A stretch of 64,000 nucleotides of DNA from Candidatus Peregrinibacteria bacterium (GCA_016934215.1 JAFGTE010000028.1:2672-66671); one strand, 5' to 3'. Shown: positions 48,832 through 57,899, counted from the first letter of the stretch. A program made the numbers and translations. The notes: generated by a model not told the origin, from the letters alone.

Positions 48832-50098
48832 ATTTCTGAAAAAGAAAACAAAGGATGAGGCCATTCTGGCTCTCGATATAGGAACGGAAATCGTTAAAGC
48901 GGCTATTTTTGTTATCGAAGAAAAACAAAGTACATCAGGCGAAGTGATTGGTAAACGAGCCATTATTAAAGGATTCGGAACCATCCGGCAAAGACTTGGA
49001 GATATACAAAATGGCGTCGTTACCGATATTGCCAGCGTGGTACATAACTGTAAAGAAGCGATTCGTATTGCCAGTCAGGAATCAGGAATGACGCCTGGTC
49101 AAATGGTAATGGGGATCGCCGGCGAATTTGTAAAAGGAGCGACTTCAACCATTGCCTATAATCGTGATGAACATGACGCAAAGATCAATCTGACAGAACT
49201 CCGGAATATCGTACACAAACTCCAATGGCGGGCCTTTGCCGAAGTACGCAAACAGCTCAGTGAAGAAACCGGTTATCCGGAAATCGATATCAAACTGGTC
49301 AACACAGCCATTGTGGATGTAAGGATCGATGGTTATAAAGTAACCAATCCTTTGGGCTTTCAGGGGAAAAAAGTCCAGATGAGTATCTTTAATTCATTTG
49401 CTCCGCTCGTTCATTTCAGTGCGTTGCAAAATATTGCGGATGAACTGGATATAGATCTTCTTAGTATTATTTCAGAGCCTTATTCCGTTGCCAGATGTCT
49501 GGATTTTGAAGACGGGAATGTATCTGCGATATTCATTGATATCGGCGGTGGTACAACCGACATTGCCGTAGTCGAAAACGGGGCTGTAATCGGCACCAAG
49601 ATGTTCGCTTTGGGGGGACGAACGTTTACAAAAAGGCTCGCCGTGGAACTTAATATTTCTTTTCAGGAAGCGGAAAAACTTAAAATAGCCTATACCTCCG
49701 ACAAATTAGAAGCGAAATCCAAAAAGATCATCACCGATATCATTCATAACGACACGGAGGTTTGGCTGGAAGGAATAATTATATCCCTTGCTGAATTCAA
49801 AGACCTTGAAGTTCTGCCATCACGCATCTTATTATGCGGCGGCGGAACCCATCTGGGTGAAATAAAGGAAATTCTGAACGAAACCAAGTGGTATAAAAAG
49901 CTTCATTTTGCCAGAACTCCGCAGGCCAGTTACATGAAACCCTCCGATATCGGCAATGTGATCGATGAAACGAAAAAAATCAAGGACCAGCAGGACATTA
50001 CCCCCATGAGTCTGGTGAATATCGGCATCGAACTGGCAGGGGAGGAGACAGTGACGCAGAAGGCTCTGAGGAAGGTAATCGGGATTATGAAAGTGTAA
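48824..50098 (+). CDS. ftsA: actin-like ATPase, FtsA-like cell division protein
   Basis: ALDIGTEIVKAA and DIGGGTTDIAV phosphate-binding motifs. Start trimmed to ATG 48824 (8 nt overlap with the CYTH gene). No ftsZ follows. Confidence 0.75.
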   Translation: MFEFLKKKTKDEAILALDIGTEIVKAAIFVIEEKQSTSGEVIGKRAIIKGFGTIRQRLGDIQNGVVTDIASVVHNCKEAIRIASQESGMTPGQMVMGIAGEFVKGATSTIAYNRDEHDAKINLTELRNIVHKLQWRAFAEVRKQLSEETGYPEIDIKLVNTAIVDVRIDGYKVTNPLGFQGKKVQMSIFNSFAPLVHFSALQNIADELDIDLLSIISEPYSVARCLDFEDGNVSAIFIDIGGGTTDIAVVENGAVIGTKMFALGGRTFTKRLAVELNISFQEAEKLKIAYTSDKLEAKSKKIITDIIHNDTEVWLEGIIISLAEFKDLEVLPSRILLCGGGTHLGEIKEILNETKWYKKLHFARTPQASYMKPSDIGNVIDETKKIKDQQDITPMSLVNIGIELAGEETVTQKALRKVIGIMKV

Positions 50099-50158
50099 TT
50101 GACGTATACCTATATATATAGTAATCTATGCTTCACTTTATGGTAGCATGATTTTTTA

Positions 50159-50809
50159 ATGAGTCTCAGGGCATTTTTTACTTCCATCAACGGCCTTCAC
50201 GAAAGACAGGACCGGGAACTGGAGGCGACACTTAAAAGAAGTCCGCTCATTGGTTCTTTTCAGCGGATCAAACGTGACGCGGAAGGGCAGGGTGGGGAAG
50301 CATTAGTAGTGGATAGGACCCGGGAAAGTATTATTTACCTTGTTGCAGGACCACTTGATAGTGTCGACAGGCTGACTCACCGGCTCTGGGATGAAAAATA
50401 TGTCAGAAGGCACACTTATTTCGCCAGAAGAATCCGTGAAGAAGCAAGAGAGTGGGGAAGTACGTCGGCCAATGTCACGCTTGTCAGAAATGCAGCCAGC
50501 ACAGACCTGCTGACAGCGGTAAGGGATGGCGGAAAAAGAACCGGAATTGTCATAGACGGCCATGGTTGTACCAGCTGGGTGAACATGACAGACGAAAATG
50601 GGAAAAGAGTAACCAATAAAATACTGAAAGAAGTAGTCGGACCGGAAAAAATCAGGATTCTGGTGAAGGCCACCTGTCGTGAATCCGATATGGAAGATAC
50701 TCAGGAGCTGCTCAGACAAGGAAATGAAGTACAATTTGGTGAAAGTATTGCACAAAAAACATTACTGCCTCCATTTTTTGGTGAAATCGGTCCGCCATGG
50801 GAAAAATAA
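50159..50809 (+). CDS. hypothetical protein with caspase-like His/Cys arrangement
   Basis: 216 aa. Strand-HG (IVIDGHG, H135) and strand-C (ILVKATC, C173) are 38 residues apart. No other domain recognised. Confidence 0.55.
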   Translation: MSLRAFFTSINGLHERQDRELEATLKRSPLIGSFQRIKRDAEGQGGEALVVDRTRESIIYLVAGPLDSVDRLTHRLWDEKYVRRHTYFARRIREEAREWGSTSANVTLVRNAASTDLLTAVRDGGKRTGIVIDGHGCTSWVNMTDENGKRVTNKILKEVVGPEKIRILVKATCRESDMEDTQELLRQGNEVQFGESIAQKTLLPPFFGEIGPPWEK

Positions 50810-50833
50810 ATGGCGGAGAAGGGTAATTTAAGC

Positions 50834-50868
50834 AAAATAAAAAATCCCGTACAATGTATCTTGTACGG
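50834..50868 (-). terminator. intrinsic terminator after the sortase gene
   Basis: Minus strand: CCGUACAA-GAUACA-UUGUACGG (8 bp perfect), followed by GAUUUUUUAUUUU. Confidence 0.6.
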
Positions 50869-50889
50869 ATAATATAATGGCCTTTTGGC

Positions 50890-51651
50890 CTAACTGATAT
50901 CATCAGCTCTTATAATGAGTCTTCGCAAGGTTGTTCCCACCGGCGTGCAGGTCATTAATGTTGAAACTTTTTTGTCGTGAGGCTGCTGAAGCACATTCAC
51001 GTTATCCGGCTGTACTTCAAACTTTTCACGAACTTTGTAAGTATACTTTTTCTGATCGTAATAAACATAATACTCATCACCGATTTCTAGCTGGCCCAGC
51101 ACAGCAAAGACGTCCTTGAACTGGCCCGGATCCCAAGGGTAATAAGAGCTGTGTCCGGTAATAAATACATTGCCAACCTGACCGGGGGCGGCCGTACCCG
51201 GATAATGAACCACACCCTGCTGAAGACCGGACTGGATCTGCTTTTCAAGTTCTGCCCAGTTTTCACCTTCAATATGCTCAGCAGACATATTGACGATCGG
51301 CACACTTTTTCCGAGCTTGGGAATCACCAGTCGATTATCAGTTGGAACTACGGGGAAATCATACCAGACATAATGTTTCTGTATTTCAGCCTCACCATCA
51401 ATCACGGGCAATAACAGATCAGGATCAACTTTAGCACTGGAAGCTGTTAAAACCCGCTGTGCTTCCACCTGGGTTTCAGATTTAAGCACATTGGCTAGAA
51501 TGGAGGTATAGGCCTGATAATTCAGTGCAAAAAAGGAAACGGCGAAAATAAGCCCCGTCACCACAAAAAAACGGATCATTTGCCAGATCTTGTCACCCAC
51601 GGTGACTTCTTCGTACGTAACGGCCCGTTCCTGTTCATAGATTGGTTGCAC
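50890..51651 (-). CDS. sortase family transpeptidase
   Basis: N-terminal TM helix, ITGHS His motif, TLMTCTP (TLxTC) catalytic Cys and a downstream Arg. GTG start, or an internal ATG. Confidence 0.85.
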   Translation of the reverse strand: MQPIYEQERAVTYEEVTVGDKIWQMIRFFVVTGLIFAVSFFALNYQAYTSILANVLKSETQVEAQRVLTASSAKVDPDLLLPVIDGEAEIQKHYVWYDFPVVPTDNRLVIPKLGKSVPIVNMSAEHIEGENWAELEKQIQSGLQQGVVHYPGTAAPGQVGNVFITGHSSYYPWDPGQFKDVFAVLGQLEIGDEYYVYYDQKKYTYKVREKFEVQPDNVNVLQQPHDKKVSTLMTCTPVGTTLRRLIIRADDIS

Positions 51652-51765
51652 GTTCTTTTTATTATATCAAATTTTTGGCTTCTATACAATAATATACAGA
51701 GATTAAAGGTTAACATCAAATCCCTATTTTGTCAATAGTAAAAGGAGGGGATTCGGCCTTCTAAT

Positions 51766-53286
51766 TTACACAGCAATTCTGGGGAATATGATCTCAGCAT
51801 CCCCCAGTTTCTTCCAATCAGTAAGCACTCCCCATCCGTCTTCTCTTTCCTTTACGATTTCAGCCGGAAGACCCAGTTGTCTGCGGATTTTTTGGCTGGT
51901 TTCAGGGATAAACGGACTAATCAGGAGGCTAATATGCCGCAAAATTTCCAGCAGATTACAAAGAACCCCTCTCCCCTTCTCCGGCTCTTTCTTCAGCAGG
52001 CTCCAGGGCTTTTCATCTTCCATCACCTTATTGGCATAATCAATAAGCCGCCAGACGTGGAAAATAGCTTCGTGAAGGTCAAAATTGTTCATATCCTCCG
52101 TATATTTCTTCCAGGTTTCATCTACCTTTTTCTTATACGGCTCAAAATCTCTGTCAAAGATAAAATCACCTATTTCATTGCGGGCGATCAGGGTATGTAC
52201 ACGATTGAGCAGATTTCCCAGATTATTGGCAAGATCCGCGTTATAGCGCTCTACAAAAAGCTTATCGTTAAAATCACCGTCCCGGCCCGTCGGGATTTCC
52301 CGTAAAAGGTAATAACGCAGGACGTCTTTACCGTAACGCTCGGTCATATCCACAGGATCCACCACGTTGCCCAGCGTCTTACTCATCTTTTCCCCGTTAT
52401 GAGTGATAAAACCGTGGATCAGAATGGATTTGGGAAGCGGTATTTCCGCGGAAAGCAGCATACCGATCCAGATACCGGCATGAAAGCGAACAATATCCTT
52501 TCCGATCACATGTACGTCCGCAGGCCAATAATGCTTGTATAAATCCGTTTCTTCCGCATAACCGATCGCTGAAATATAGTTCGTCAGTGCATCGCACCAC
52601 ACGTACATCACCTGAGAATCATCCCCCGGAACGTCCACCCCCCAAGGCAGTACATCACGAGGCCGGCTGAAGCTGACATCAAGCAGGCCTTCTTTGGCAA
52701 TATTTAAAAATTCTGCCTGACGGCTTTCCGGAAGCAGTTTCAGTGTTCCGTTTTCAATCAGTTCAACGATTTGATTACTGTATTTAGAAAGTTTAAAGAA
52801 ATAATTTTTTTCCTTCAGCGGCACGGGCGGTTTTTTATGAATTGGACAATTGCCGTTGGCCAATTCCGTTTCCTTTAAAAAGACCTCACAGCCCTCACAG
52901 TACAAACCCTCATATTCTTTTTCATAGATATCCCCTTTTTCGGCCAGCTTCTTCCATAACTTCTGGCAGGCGGGCCAATGACGTTTACGGTCTGAGGTTT
53001 GAATAAAATCATCATAAGAAAGATCCAAAATCTCCTGCAAATTCTTAAAAAGCCTGGCATTCTCATTTACCAGATCCTGGGTATCTTTGCCAGTCTTTTT
53101 AGCGGTATTATACATTTTAACGCCATGTTCATCCGTACCTGTCAGAAAATAGGTATCGTAACCCATCATCCGTTTATAGCGCGCAATGGCGTCCGTCTGA
53201 ATGAACTCGAGCGCATGCCCCAAATGAGGCGGCGCATTCACGTAAGCAATAGCCGTTGTAATGTAAAACTTGTCCTGGGAAGGCAT
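51766..53286 (-). CDS. metG: methionine--tRNA ligase
   Basis: HIGH-type PHLGH, KMSKT (KMSKS) and a CxxC knuckle (CEGCE...CPIH). 506 aa. Confidence 0.95.
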   Translation of the reverse strand: MPSQDKFYITTAIAYVNAPPHLGHALEFIQTDAIARYKRMMGYDTYFLTGTDEHGVKMYNTAKKTGKDTQDLVNENARLFKNLQEILDLSYDDFIQTSDRKRHWPACQKLWKKLAEKGDIYEKEYEGLYCEGCEVFLKETELANGNCPIHKKPPVPLKEKNYFFKLSKYSNQIVELIENGTLKLLPESRQAEFLNIAKEGLLDVSFSRPRDVLPWGVDVPGDDSQVMYVWCDALTNYISAIGYAEETDLYKHYWPADVHVIGKDIVRFHAGIWIGMLLSAEIPLPKSILIHGFITHNGEKMSKTLGNVVDPVDMTERYGKDVLRYYLLREIPTGRDGDFNDKLFVERYNADLANNLGNLLNRVHTLIARNEIGDFIFDRDFEPYKKKVDETWKKYTEDMNNFDLHEAIFHVWRLIDYANKVMEDEKPWSLLKKEPEKGRGVLCNLLEILRHISLLISPFIPETSQKIRRQLGLPAEIVKEREDGWGVLTDWKKLGDAEIIFPRIAV

Positions 53287-53685
53287 TTAAGTAGTGGCTT
53301 TAAATATTAAACTAATCAAGTTGGTGACAAGCGCGTAAGCCAGAATCACTACAAAAAGCCCGATGACTGCTGACTTGATGATGCCGAGCGCTTTTTCCTT
53401 CTGTTCCGTATTTCCCACCGCTGTGATAAACCGGATACCTCCGTAAATCAGCATGAGAACCGCTACGGAGCCGGAAGCATACAAAATAAGGTCGATTAAA
53501 AAATTAATAATGTTCACTACCTTGTTTTCTGCTGAAACAGAACCTGTATCGCCTCCCGGTAAATTCTCAGGCCTGTACACTTCTTCACGAAAGTCTTCTA
53601 AAGTAAGCCCAAAAGCTGAGGCGGCCATCAAAGGAAACAGCAGGACCAGCCCGACGATATAAAATATATGTTTTTTCATATTCAT
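53287..53685 (-). CDS. TrbC/VirB2-like (T4SS-type) pilin family protein, paralog 5
   Basis: Signal peptide plus the C-terminal two-TM module LMLIYGGIRFITAVGNTEQKEKALGIIKSAVIGLFVV. Confidence 0.7.
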   Translation of the reverse strand: MNMKKHIFYIVGLVLLFPLMAASAFGLTLEDFREEVYRPENLPGGDTGSVSAENKVVNIINFLIDLILYASGSVAVLMLIYGGIRFITAVGNTEQKEKALGIIKSAVIGLFVVILAYALVTNLISLIFKATT

Positions 53686-54422
53686 TATATAAAACGGAAG
53701 AAGTCAATATCCGTTACCGCCTTCACAATCGCAAAAGCCAGGGCGATAAAAGCAAAACCGATGAGACTGAAGTATATCATCGACTTTGCCTTGGTCAAAC
53801 GTTCATCGTTATCGTGGGCCGTAATAAACATGACACCGGAAACCGTCAAAGCGATAAAAACCGCTACCCAGGCAAAGCGGAAAAGCTGACGAATAATCTG
53901 CGGAATAAAATCTTCAACAATGTCTCCAGTAGGTACGGCTCCAGGCCGGTCCGGGGCGAGTAAGATTTTGCGTACTTCTGCAATGGCGGTACTGGCTTTG
54001 TCATGCGCCTGCTCAAAATCGGTGTCTGGAGCAGCGTAAGGCGGAGCGCCAGCAATCGAAGGTTCAATCCGAATATGGTCTTCCGCATCCAAACCGGTAA
54101 AATCTTCAGCGCGATTTTCAGCTCTGTCCAGGGCATTCAGCGCGCTGTCCCGGCGATTGCTGTTCTGTGCCAGGGCGTTCACTTGCCCGTGTATATTATC
54201 AATCGCCGTCTGAACATCACGCTGATCACTTTCCATCACACGAATCAGTTCATCCACTTCGTGCTCTGCACGGTTCTCCGCCGCATCATCACTGCTTGTT
54301 ATTCCTACCGATAGAAATTCGCGCTTCAGGGTATTAATGGAGCTTTCCCGATCGGCCATTACTTGCGAGGCTAAAGTACACACTATAAATGCTGCGATAA
54401 AAATTCTGTAAGTTTTTCTCAT
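53685..54422 (-). CDS. pilin-like paralog 4 with long helical ectodomain
   Basis: Signal peptide, about 150 aa helical region, then TVSGVMFITAHDNDERLTKAKSMIYFSLIGFAFI. Confidence 0.65.
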   Translation of the reverse strand: MRKTYRIFIAAFIVCTLASQVMADRESSINTLKREFLSVGITSSDDAAENRAEHEVDELIRVMESDQRDVQTAIDNIHGQVNALAQNSNRRDSALNALDRAENRAEDFTGLDAEDHIRIEPSIAGAPPYAAPDTDFEQAHDKASTAIAEVRKILLAPDRPGAVPTGDIVEDFIPQIIRQLFRFAWVAVFIALTVSGVMFITAHDNDERLTKAKSMIYFSLIGFAFIALAFAIVKAVTDIDFFRFI

Positions 54423-54431
54423 AATCGTTGA

Positions 54432-54803
54432 TTAAGAAAGCCGGATACTGGTAACAATGGCAACCACACCGTAGGCGGTCAAAGCAATAACTAGACCAAT
54501 AACGGCATAAATCAGGGTTCGGGTGCCCCGTTCACGTTTTTCGGTGTCTCCGTAAGCCGTCAGGTACATATAACCGCCAAAAATGATGGCAATCACGGCA
54601 AGTGCCATCGCCAGATTGATGGCCCACTGGATCAGAAAAGGGATAATACGGCTGAAAAGCACACTGGACTGAATGTCAGAACCTTCCACCCCCGCACCCG
54701 GCAGAATGCCGGTTCCGGCAGGCTTGGAAATAATAGCATCCCCGCTGGTCGCCGGAGCCGCATAAGCCTTTGAAATAAGTGACAGTAAAAATGACTTCAT
54801 CAT
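54432..54803 (-). CDS. pilin-like paralog 3
   Basis: AIIFGGYMYLTAYGDTEKRERGTRTLIYAVIGLVIA. Start set at the ATGA overlap with the upstream stop (54803). Confidence 0.7.
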   Translation of the reverse strand: MMKSFLLSLISKAYAAPATSGDAIISKPAGTGILPGAGVEGSDIQSSVLFSRIIPFLIQWAINLAMALAVIAIIFGGYMYLTAYGDTEKRERGTRTLIYAVIGLVIALTAYGVVAIVTSIRLS

Positions 54804-55486
54804 AAGTAAGCAAAGAAAGTAGGATTGATTGTATAAAGAATGACCGAAGCCGTGAACCACAGAATCATTCCAATTAGGGCTTTTTTTATCATATCCTTCC
54901 CTTTGGTCAGCTGATCAGCCTCAGCGCCCGCCGTGGCGATCCGGATACCGCCGATTATCACAACCAGCACCACAAAACCAATAATCACGCCCGATACAAA
55001 GTTATAAACAAGTGCCAGATAATTATAAAGCAAGCCAAAAGGGCCTTGGGTCTCCCGGCCTTCTTCGAACACTAAAATAGCCTGAAAAGGCCCCTGATCT
55101 TTTCCGACAATAGCCTCGCCATACCAGAGGGTGTAAGCGACACCCCCTCCCTCAAGAGGAGTAGCTTTATAAAGGTCAAAACCACGCTCTCCGCCCAGCG
55201 GTTCCTGCAAAAATAAACAGTTAAAAGGAGTTCGATTCTCTTTGCTCGCATCTGATCCGCATTCAGAAGCAGCAGTGGCACAAGGAGGAAAACCCATTTC
55301 TGTCGCTTTAGCGCAGCGGCTCTGAAAGCTTGCTCCAGTAACACTTGTCGGCTCCGTAGCCGAACTCGAACCGGAACTGGAAGGCGTCGTCACAGGCGCT
55401 GGTGTTGACGCAGGGGTAGTCTGTGCTATAACTGCAGGAGCTGATAACAAAACAATGATGAAGACTGCTGTAATTTTTTTAATCAT
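54800..55486 (-). CDS. pilin-like paralog 2 with Thr/Ser/Pro-rich and Cys-containing ectodomain
   Basis: Signal peptide, TTPASTPAPVTTPSSSGSSS linker, 4 Cys, then VVIIGGIRIATAGAEADQLTKGKDMIKKALIGMILW. Confidence 0.65.
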   Translation of the reverse strand: MIKKITAVFIIVLLSAPAVIAQTTPASTPAPVTTPSSSGSSSATEPTSVTGASFQSRCAKATEMGFPPCATAASECGSDASKENRTPFNCLFLQEPLGGERGFDLYKATPLEGGGVAYTLWYGEAIVGKDQGPFQAILVFEEGRETQGPFGLLYNYLALVYNFVSGVIIGFVVLVVIIGGIRIATAGAEADQLTKGKDMIKKALIGMILWFTASVILYTINPTFFAYL

Positions 55487-55913
55487 AGATACTAACAATA
55501 AGCAGTTGTACAAGAGTGACCATAATATAAGCCAGCAGCGTCACCCCTAAACCAATAAGCGAATATTTGACCAGCTGTTTCCCCTTTTCATAGCGCGGTG
55601 CGTCCCCTCCCCCGGAGGACAGCATCATAAAGCCGCCCCACGACATAGTGAGTACCGCTAAACTACCAATTACAGTGGCCATAAAACCGATGATTTTTTC
55701 AAGAAAATAGTTCACTCCGCGCCGGATCCAGCCCCCACGTGTGCTGGATTCAATACCCTCGTGCGTGACAGCGCCTAAGTCAAACATGAATGAAGGCGAA
55801 TCAAGCGCTCCGTCCTGAGCATAAACAACAGGAAGATCGTTTACCGGAAAAACATCAGTTATCAACTGCAGTCCTATGACCAGCACGAGCGCAATCAAAA
55901 TATTTTTTATCAT
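55479..55913 (-). CDS. pilin-like paralog 1
   Basis: Signal peptide, then LTMSWGGFMMLSSGGGDAPRYEKGKQLVKYSLIGLGVT. Confidence 0.7.
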   Translation of the reverse strand: MIKNILIALVLVIGLQLITDVFPVNDLPVVYAQDGALDSPSFMFDLGAVTHEGIESSTRGGWIRRGVNYFLEKIIGFMATVIGSLAVLTMSWGGFMMLSSGGGDAPRYEKGKQLVKYSLIGLGVTLLAYIMVTLVQLLIVSIYD

Positions 55914-55950
55914 GTTTCTTTTGTTTTCTTTCTATGTGATTCTAACAAAA

Positions 55951-57108
55951 TTACTCCTTTTGGGCAATTTTTCTTTTTATGGGTTCTCTCAGTTTTAATT
56001 TAAAATCACTGCCTTGCTCATCAAAATCAGAAGGCCGGTCAATAGTGGGAATATCAGCTTCAACAGAAACCTCACCCTCAGTGATCCGGACAACATCTTT
56101 ATCGATTTTTCCATATTCTTTACCGGCACTGTTGTAGGCGTTTACGGTTGTAGAAAGGTGACTGCCCAGGCGGTTCATATGCTCCTGATAAGCATTGAGA
56201 TGTCTCCCTAACTCCCCCACTCTTTTTTGAATCTCCACAGCCTGTTTCTCTATTGTGAGCGCCTTAAGGGCCTGCATCACCGTTTGCAGATAAGCATAAA
56301 AAGTCATAGGTGACACCAGAATCACGTGTTTTTTGAAAGCGTATTCAATCAGATCATGGGTATTCACATCAAGCACGCCGACTTTCTGGCTGAGTAAGTT
56401 ATAGAACACCCCATCGGCGGGAATAAACATAAAGGCAAAATCCGTGGTGTTTTCATCGAGCCGGACGTACTTACTGGTTTCATCAATGCGTTTTTTCAGA
56501 TCTGCTTTAAACTCCTTTTCGAGTGCCGCCCGTTCACTGTCTGATTTACTCTCCATCATGGCGTTATAGTTTTCCAGACTGAACTTAGCATCGACAGGAA
56601 TCACCTTATCCCTGACAAAAATGGCCGCATCCACAACTTCACCGTTTTTAAAGCCGTACTGCATTTTAAAATGAGAAGGCGGAAGCTGGTTGGAAAGCAA
56701 ATTCTCTAAAAAGAATTCTCCCAAAATACCTCGTTGCTTTGGATTTTTGAGAATATTTTCCAGTTGTTTCATCTGCTCTGCAAAACCAACCACCTGCTTA
56801 TTCGTTTCATCAAGTTTAGTGAGTTTTTCCGTGACCCCTTTCACATTTTCCGTTACCTCTTTAATAATCTTCTGGCTGCTGGCAAACTGTTTTTGGAGAG
56901 ATTCAGTAAGGATTTGCTGAGACTTGCTCATCTGCTCATTGATATTCTTGTCCTGAGCCTGCAGGCCCTTCTGAATCTCAAAAAGATGCTTCTGTAACAT
57001 CTCCATTGCTTTGTCCTCAGCAGGCTTTTCAAGCTTCTGCAGAATGCGGTAACTAATGTAAGCCACTGTACCGAGACCGATGATGATTAGGAGTGTATTT
57101 ATGTCCAT
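55951..57108 (-). CDS. rmuC: DNA recombination protein RmuC
   Basis: N-terminal TM helix, long coiled coil and an RmuC nuclease-like C-terminus (FAFMFIPADGVFY...VILVSPMTFYAYL). Confidence 0.88.
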   Translation of the reverse strand: MDINTLLIIIGLGTVAYISYRILQKLEKPAEDKAMEMLQKHLFEIQKGLQAQDKNINEQMSKSQQILTESLQKQFASSQKIIKEVTENVKGVTEKLTKLDETNKQVVGFAEQMKQLENILKNPKQRGILGEFFLENLLSNQLPPSHFKMQYGFKNGEVVDAAIFVRDKVIPVDAKFSLENYNAMMESKSDSERAALEKEFKADLKKRIDETSKYVRLDENTTDFAFMFIPADGVFYNLLSQKVGVLDVNTHDLIEYAFKKHVILVSPMTFYAYLQTVMQALKALTIEKQAVEIQKRVGELGRHLNAYQEHMNRLGSHLSTTVNAYNSAGKEYGKIDKDVVRITEGEVSVEADIPTIDRPSDFDEQGSDFKLKLREPIKRKIAQKE

Positions 57109-57318
57109 TCGTAAAAATTAAGGTTGCACCTAAGTGTAACCATTTTTTGGTTATGATGCCAGATCAGTTCAGACTATACCCGCACCACTGGAATCAAAGC
57201 TGACGGATCATTTACTGTATAAACACCACCGCCTTTATTCGTCAGTTTAGATGAACTGCCCTGGTCTTCAGCATCAAATTCCGAAGGACTGCAGTAGCGC
57301 CGGAAGAGCTACTTAAAG

Positions 57319-57693
57319 TTATTCAATAACTTCTTCAGCTTCTTCTTCCGGTATCAAACCCGTACATCGCCAATTCACCTCCCAGGAACCATCTGAAAAC
57401 ACCACACAGGCCGGATTACAGCCTTCATGTTCTTCCTTCAGATTGGCATCGAACCACCAGGTCTTGCTATATTCATTATAATAACCAGGCCCGATGGATT
57501 CGTCTTCTTTGATGCACTCACTTTCAGCCACTTGTCTCGCCTCTTCTTCAAGAAGCCAGGGTTCTTCAGAAACAGGTGGCTGCTCATCGATCGGCACTAT
57601 AGGCGTTACGGTTTCTGACTGATCCAAAAGCTTACAGCCAGCCAAAAAGAGTGGAAATAGGAGGGGTACTGTTAATAACATTCTTCTTTTCAT
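57319..57693 (-). CDS. small lipoprotein, hypothetical
   Basis: Lipobox LFLAGC. 124 aa with 4 further Cys. Confidence 0.6.
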   Translation of the reverse strand: MKRRMLLTVPLLFPLFLAGCKLLDQSETVTPIVPIDEQPPVSEEPWLLEEEARQVAESECIKEDESIGPGYYNEYSKTWWFDANLKEEHEGCNPACVVFSDGSWEVNWRCTGLIPEEEAEEVIE

Positions 57694-57899
57694 ACGGTGA
57701 TTGGTTACACCCGTATTGTACTACTCATGCGTATAAATTCAACTCTATTCGCACCGAACTGGACAGCCCTGCGAGTGCAGAAATTCGTACCGCCCGGTTT
57801 AAGCGGCTCCCAACTGGTTTTGAGCGCCAGCGGATCATTAAACGTCGCCGGATCGACCAGGATTTCCGGTTTAAAGAGGCTGGCGAGAAGACCTTATAG

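Noticed and set aside
57160-57300. A 44-codon open stretch on the minus strand (LFRRYCSPSEFDAEDQGSSSKLTNKGGGVYTVNDPSALIPVVRV) in the gap between the lipoprotein gene and rmuC.
   Set aside because: It has no start codon of any usual type, is not in frame with the upstream gene, and is too short to judge. It could be a gene remnant but is unsupported.
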